DNA of 64,000 bases from the human T2T-CHM13v2.0 reference genome, Homo sapiens: NCBI RefSeq assembly GCF_009914755.1, contig NC_060929.1; one strand, 5' to 3'. Shown here in pieces: positions 57,230 through 64,000 of the stretch. Below the pieces are notes generated by a model, which was not told the DNA's origin, made no database searches, and was given only the letters and a program-made list of their open reading frames with translations. Each line of letters opens with the position of its first letter. Position 1 is the first letter of the stretch. The position numbers and the translations under genes were made by a program.

Positions 57230-58530
57230 CACACCCAATTCGTTTCCAAAGGCAAACAGAAACCTTGCTCTTCTTTATAGAGAAGCTTGGGGAACTTGTG
57301 CTTAATCATCTCTAGTTCTGTTGTCATTTTTCAACCGAATGTCAATTTCCTTGTATGTTTATTGTCTCCTACCTTTGAAGTCCCTTTTTTACTCTTAGAT
57401 ACTACATTTATGGCACCTTTGTTTTTTTGGAATTATTTGCAGTAATTAGGGTAGCACAAAAAAGCAGGCAACATGAAAAGAGGACTAGATATCTCTCTAA
57501 AAAGTATCCTTTGACCCTGTGATCCTGAGGGAATTTGATTTGTTTTTTATTTGGATTCCTGTTCTCCCATGTTTCTAGACTGCCTCCCTTGTCAATTTGC
57601 CCCTTATTTTCAAATTCCTGATGAAGAACACTTCATCTAGTCTCAGTTTTTTCAAGTTTTCTCCCAGAGGCCTCCTTTTCATAATCAAATATGTGTATAT
57701 CTCTTAATCTCCAAAGAAGGATGTTCTTCCTTGAAAGAAACCATTTTATTGACTCATAGACTTACCATTTTGGGGGATGAAGGTAGAGGCAATATACTGT
57801 AAGACTGCAATGTGTAAATGTCATCTTTAATGTAAGGTAGTTAAATGCATAACAGGTTTGTGATGACGATATAATAAATTAAAAATGACATGACCTTTGC
57901 TGAGAATCTTTAAAATTGCTACACCCTCTCTAGTGATTGTTTTATTGCTTGGAAGAGAAAAATATTCAAAACCTAAACATATTAAAACTAAAGTTGGCTT
58001 CTTTTCTACTAATTTGGTGTAAACATCAAGAGGCTAGATATATTTTCTAAGATGTTAGTTGTAGTGAATAATGTTCCAAATGTTAGGCTACAACATTTTG
58101 GGAGATAACTTCACAGAAGCTTGTGATGTTTTAATTTTATCTCAATTAGAGCTCTTATTTCTATGTTTTTCACCTCTAATTACTCTTATTTTCATCTTTT
58201 TATGCTTTATATTCTATAATTCGCAACAATAATAGCATTTGCTTCATCCACTTTCTGGATGTTCCATCCAAATCAACCAATTTAGAATTTTCTCTGTAAT
58301 AAGTATGGCTCTCATTGCTCTTTTCAAGGTAAACAATGTAGTCCTTCTTCCAATTTTCTTCAAAATTTCTCACAAAATTCCACTAAAAGGTTATTTTCTT
58401 AACCAAATATCTCTAGCACTGACCATTCTTTCTGTGTCTAAATATGTTGCTTGTAGGTCAAGTTTTTTTAGAGCAAAAAGAAAATCCAGAGATGATCTGA
58501 CTCAGTGTATTTACATTATAGGTATAGATA

Positions 58531-59070
58531 CAGCAGGTCTTTGAATAACTTTGTTTCATTGTCGTTTGGTTATACATTGATGAGAAAAGTCAATTATTGG
58601 CTGAGGCTACTGTCTGTATGGAGTTTGCATGTTTTCCTCATGTCTGCATGAGTTTACTCTGGGTACCCTGGTTTCCTCAAACATCCCAAAGCTGCATCCA
58701 TTAGGTTGTGTATAAGCTGTGCACGTGTCTAACTGTGCACAGTTAAAACAGTTTTAACTTGTCCCAGTTAAAACAAGTGTGAAGTTTCTCATTGATTCCC
58801 AAAATATTGGGTAAATAATTATCTTACTTGTTTTTATTAATCTTTCTTAAACGTATGTATAGTTTACATTTACTTCAGTGTTTTACATTAAAGTGTTTTG
58901 GATTTTTATTTAGAACATTAGTGATGTTTCTGTGACCAGAATTGTACTGTAGGAACTTAACCCTTGTTTATATCACTTAGCCTGTGGTGAAACTGGTTTC
59001 CCTGTACTTTATTTTGCTTAAAGTTGCTGTTTCTAAGAACCTATCAATGATTTTTAGTGAGGACTTACAG
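58531..59070 (+). mobile_element. MER6A-like TcMar-Tigger non-autonomous element
   Basis: TA|CAGCAGGTCT start, end agtgaggacttacag; internal ctgtctgtatggagtttgcatgtttt..ggtttcctc..catcccaaag. Confidence 0.8.
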
Positions 59071-61464
59071 CAGTAAGATTTTAGCTAAGTTTAACTCACT
59101 TGCCATATAATGTATTCTGCATTGTTATTCTGCTATGCGGTTAGTAGCAGAAGCAGTATGAGGCCTCAGTTCTAGTTATTTTTTTATATACTACTACTAA
59201 TCATTTTTAAAACCTTTTTTGGTTCTGTCTTCCTATGCTTGTTGATTACTACTAGATTGCTTTATAATGTTATGTTGTGCACATTTCCGACGGACAAGTA
59301 TATATTCGCATAATAACTGCTAAGTTTAGTTTTTGACTAGTTGATGGACTTAATGATATTCTATGTATACTCTCTTAGAAATAATATAGTAAGGTAGATA
59401 TCACTAACATCTCTATGAAGTTTTTTTTCTCATTCCCCTCAGACTCATTTAATTACTCTCCCTTTTATATTACTGAAGTACCTTGCCTATTTTATATTTA
59501 TCTTGAATTTAAAATTTTTACTTACTAAAATAAATTAAAATATAATGTTTAGCCAACTCCATTGCCTAATACTGTCACAATGTAAGTGCTTAATTCAAGA
59601 TAAGCTTTTCTTGTGAGTGGACAAACGAGGCATCTTCCTTAAAGACTGCGTACATTTGATTGAGCTCCTGTATTCTAGTTATGTATGCTCTTAGGGTTCA
59701 TGCCCTCACTTTCATATCACATGGAAAGCATGCCCATAAATTCCACAGGATTGGAAACCAGTCATTTTTATGGCTACCATTAGTGCTATATTTTTTCTCT
59801 TAGTTCTCTATTATAGTCATTTGATCAAATTAATGTTGAGTAGATGATGTGCAACTCATGAGTTTATACACTTTCCTACAAGGAGGTTTCACTAGAGTGG
59901 GCAAGCTAACATTCATGAAATCATGATGCACATAGAATATGGTCGTTCTAAAAATTTACTATGTTCTTCACACAATGATTTATTTGCATAGCAAATTATA
60001 TTCATATACTTTTTCTATGTATTTACTAAAATACGTTTTTAGAAGCATTTTTTTATTTGCTGAATATATGTCATAATAATTCCAAATAACCTTTTTTAAA
60101 ATGCAGCATAACGCAAAGGACTGAATTAGTAGACCATCCTGTTTTAATTACATAGACATGAAGGTTTGACTCTTTACAAAATTTTAATGTGAACTTTTAG
60201 AGGCTACTTCATGCTGTAGTTGAGCTTGTATCTTTTCTGGCTACTAAATTATACATTTTGCTTTGTGTCACCATGTTGATGTAACATCTGCATTTAAAAA
60301 GCAAAGTGAGCATAAAATAATGGAATTGTGTCCTTTGTGCTATTTTTAAAAGAAATTGTCCAGATTTTTAACTTGTATCTTTTGGTACACACAGTGCTCT
60401 TTTTTCATTACTTCAGCATGAGATTATTTTAAAGTCCATTAAACTTTCATATGGACAATGCCATGCCTACTTTTCTAAGAATAATGGCTTAGCCAAATAT
60501 TCTTGTTAAATATTTTGTCAGTCCCTCAATGTATCTAAAGTGTCTATCATATGCCATTTAGCAAGATGCACTGTTAGTAGTCAGCACTGACAGATAGGAT
60601 AAATGATAGGAAGAAGAGTGATGGAGATATTATTTTGAAATCTTCTATTTTTTATTGTTTGTATTTTAACATATACTAGATGAAACTATATCTTAACAGT
60701 TTCCACTCCAGTGAAATATTTCAAGACAGTATTTCTTTTGCAATACAACAATTTCCTCATTTTCCCAAGCACCATAAATAAACAGAAGAGTATGAACAGA
60801 TCTCTGAAGACAGGAGAAAATGAAAAATGATTTGTCAAAAATAGCAACTTAAAGGAGGTAGGAGAAACAGATTTTCAGAGAACTAATAGATATCAAAGGA
60901 ATAAAAATGGTCTTTGGAGTTCCTCAATGTTTTGTTAAAAATAGAGAGATGAATAAAATCATAATGACTATTTTCTCATGCTCACAGTTGTCAGACTAAA
61001 TTTATTTTAAATGGTGGTGGGGGCAGCATTGTTGATACATAAGCTATTGATGAGAAATCAGAAATTAGCCTTTAAGTTTACTGATGTTGAGAGAGTTTGT
61101 GGTTTTTATTGGAACACCTCTGCAAATTACATTGAAAGATGTTATTTTCCTTATGACCTCAATTAAACATTTAAAATGAGGAGGGCCTCCAGGGACACTG
61201 AAACAGAAATATGAAACTTTGCATTTTGGCAAGATGATTACTTATCTGTACTCAATAACAACATTTCAATCTCGTTAAAGTGAATTGTTGCTTCCATGTT
61301 TATTTTTGAAAGAATTATTATTCTTTTAAGAGTTTATCTTTAAAAAGTCAATATTCTAATATGCTTTGTGGAGGAGGATGAATCTATTAAACAATTCCTA
61401 TCTCTCTTTTCAGAAATTTATAGTTTTACTGCACTTAACATAGTCTAGCAAATAATACTCAGTG

Positions 61465-62345
61465 ACAACATTTTTTAACAATGTATGCATGATTTACCTA
61501 AAGTGAAAGGTACATATGTTAAGAGTAAATTTCCATGAGTATTCACAACTGCCTACACTAATATAATCCAAACATCTGTCTAAGTATAGAACATTTTCAT
61601 CAGCAAGATCCCTTAGGTCACTTCCCAGTCAATTCATACTCCTCATCTCCAGGTAATCACAGCTCTGGTTTCATTTACCATCCATAGTCTTCCTTGTTTT
61701 AGAACATCATACTAAATGAAAAATATAATATGTCCTCTTTTCTGTCTGGCTTCTTCCAATTAGCATTATGTTTTTGAGATTCATTCATTTTGCATGTATT
61801 AGTAGTTTATTCCTTTTTATTGCTGAGGATTATTTCATTGAATTTTTACCCATTTGGTGTAGATGAACACTTAGGTTGCTGTTGGTTTCTAACTATTATG
61901 AGTAAAGCTGTTACAAATATTATTGTTCAAGTTTTGCATATGTACATTTTCTTTCCTCTTGGATTAATTCCTAGAATTGGAGTTGTGGATTCTAGGTTAG
62001 GTATATGTTTAACTTGTCACAAAAATTCAAACTTATTTCCAAAATAGTTGTACCTTTTTACAGCCACACCAGCAATGTATGAAAGTTCAAGTTGTTTCTT
62101 ATTCAATCCAGCAGTTTGTATTCTCAGTTTTTAAAATTTTATCTATTTTGGTAAGAATGTAGTTTGGCTTAATATACATTATTTTGTGATTTAATAATAC
62201 TGACTAGTTTTTTGGGTTTATTGGCCATTTCCAAATCTTCGTTTGTAAAGTACCTATTCAAGTTTTTTTTTTTTTTTAATTGGGTTGTTCGGGTTGTTTG
62301 CTTGTGTTTTTTAAACTGGGTTGTTTGCAATTTTATTATTGACAC
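61465..62345 (-). mobile_element. L1ME/L1MC-type 3' fragment
   Basis: ttttgagattcattcat..gatgaacacttaggttg..ccacaccagcaatgtatgaaagttc. Confidence 0.8.
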
Positions 62346-62356
62346 ATAAGGAAAGA

Positions 62357-62359
62357 CAC

Positions 62360-62394
<35 letters not shown>

Positions 62395-62397
62395 CAC
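62357..62397. repeat. (CA)n STR
   Basis: Seen directly. Confidence 0.95.
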
Positions 62398-62409
62398 TTC
62401 TGTTCATCT

Positions 62410-64000
62410 AAAGACACAATGAAAATAGATGCTATATGTATCAAAGGATATAACTCTGCCGTGATGTTGACTGTGGTTCTTGCCTATTGGTTTGTGGACG
62501 TAGAAGCGCTAAATGTCTAGGTGTTAATTGCCCCGTATGATTCAATATGACCCTTCCTGTATTACCAAGAGGAAGTATGCCCCCTTTAAAAAACAGAACT
62601 TTTATCCCTGCTGATTCCAGAATTGTGGAAAGAGGATGTACTCATTCTCAAAATGGACCACTGGAAGTGATGGTAAGCAGCAATATTCATACTTCCACTC
62701 TTTGGTTCTTGAACCTATGTAATCTTCTGATAGAGGGCACCATTTTATATGAAACTTTTTAATTCAATATGTACACTATGTCTTGATGATGCCCAATCCT
62801 GGCAAGGTAATACCACTGAGCTGGTGCTTCAGTTCTGCATTTAACTGGCCATTCCAATGCTCTAATAGAACCCTTATTTACTCAACAAATGGGCTCTTTT
62901 GGTTTTTGTTGAATAAATAAGGACTGTATTAGAACATTGGTTTTTCCCCACACCAACTCTCAAACATCTTTTACTGTAAAATGTGTCCTCTGGTCTGTTA
63001 TAAGGTCATAACATATCCCTTTTGGCAGATGTAATACTTTGTGAGCCCTTAGACAGTAGTGCTGATTGAGATCTTACAGGCATAAAATACAAACATACCC
63101 CTTAATTATATATCTATTCCTGTGGAAACAAACCATTAGACCTTCCCAGCTGAAAGAAGTCCAATGTAGTCAACTTGTGAAGTATTCAGTTGGTCTCCTT
63201 GAGGAGCAGAACAAATTAATGTCATTTGCTTTTTGTTGCTGCTAAGTTTGTTACTGAGAAGTGGCACTAACTGGGTCAGGATTGCTAAAAGGGAGTCCAT
63301 GCTATAGTGCCCCATGCATAGCCTCCATCTCTGCTACTGTAGCCCCTTCATTTATGTGACTGTTGTTCCACACTGGGGTTGCCAACGACAAAGTCTGGCT
63401 AACATCAACTAAGTACACTTATTTGTGTGTGTGTGTTTGCGTCTGTGTGTGTGTGTGTCTGTGTGTGTGTGATGGGTGGGACTCTACCATAGTGGACATG
63501 TTTTGGTAGAAATTTACCTGTAATACAAAAATCTTCACACTTCATACCAACTCAAGTATAACCATGCACATCCTCCTACTGTAACCCTCTTTGTCCCAGA
63601 TTTTCCAAATGCTTCTTTTCCAGTCCTTTCAACAACTGGCCAGGCCATTTGCTTCTGTCAATTTGTCCATATATATTCTAATTTGGGACTATATTTCTTT
63701 TCACACAAAGTGAACAACCAAGTACACTGCCAGAAGCTCTGCCCTCTGGGACAATGTTCCCTCTCCACTGTTTTTCTAAGTTGCTTCTGCTCTACAACCA
63801 CATACCATGAAATAGGATGTTTCTCTTCTTTCAGCTAGTTGTACGAAAGTTTCCAGTGGATGGATGTGTCACAGAGAAAGGGGCACTGGTACAACCTTGG
63901 TGTATGACATGAGTATCTGGAATACCTGCTCAGGTAGCTTCCTTTGGTCTTGTTTTGCTTGTACTCAGCCCCAGATTTATCCCTTCCGGCATACAATGCA
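62410..64000 (-). mobile_element. ERVL-class internal region (decayed pol, integrase N-terminus), continues beyond the window; (TG)n at 63425-63471
   Basis: Reverse complement near 63290-63345 (agagatggaggctatgcatggg..catggactccc) gives RDGGYAW..HGLP, matching the recalled ERVL integrase HHCC region. Confidence 0.65.

Overview
Primate (most likely human or ape) AT-rich, repeat-dense intergenic or deep-intronic DNA. I find no supportable host protein-coding gene, tRNA, rRNA or CRISPR array. Nearly all ORFs in the track come from Alu, L1, Tigger1, ERV/MaLR or microsatellites. Main elements: a TSD-flanked L1PA2/3 (7945-13432) nested in an older L1ME-type copy; a near full-length Tigger1 interrupted by an Alu; a decayed HERV16/LTR16 provirus carrying nested Alu, L1 and THE1 insertions; several solo LTRs (MER4, MLT1, THE1) and MER6/MER58 DNA transposons. 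The best signal is that the young L1 is a spliced retrocopy whose 5'UTR is joined exactly at the known 97/622 splice sites (a SpIRE), a described phenomenon. The 39.0-42.9 kb region shows unexplained local rearrangements: a 183-bp tandem duplication, a ~365-bp inverted duplication, and a 48-bp direct repeat 2.5 kb apart followed by hairpin filler. I did not find a convincing undescribed biological system. Repeat subfamily names come from recalled consensus sequences, not a database search; boundaries of old repeats are approximate.
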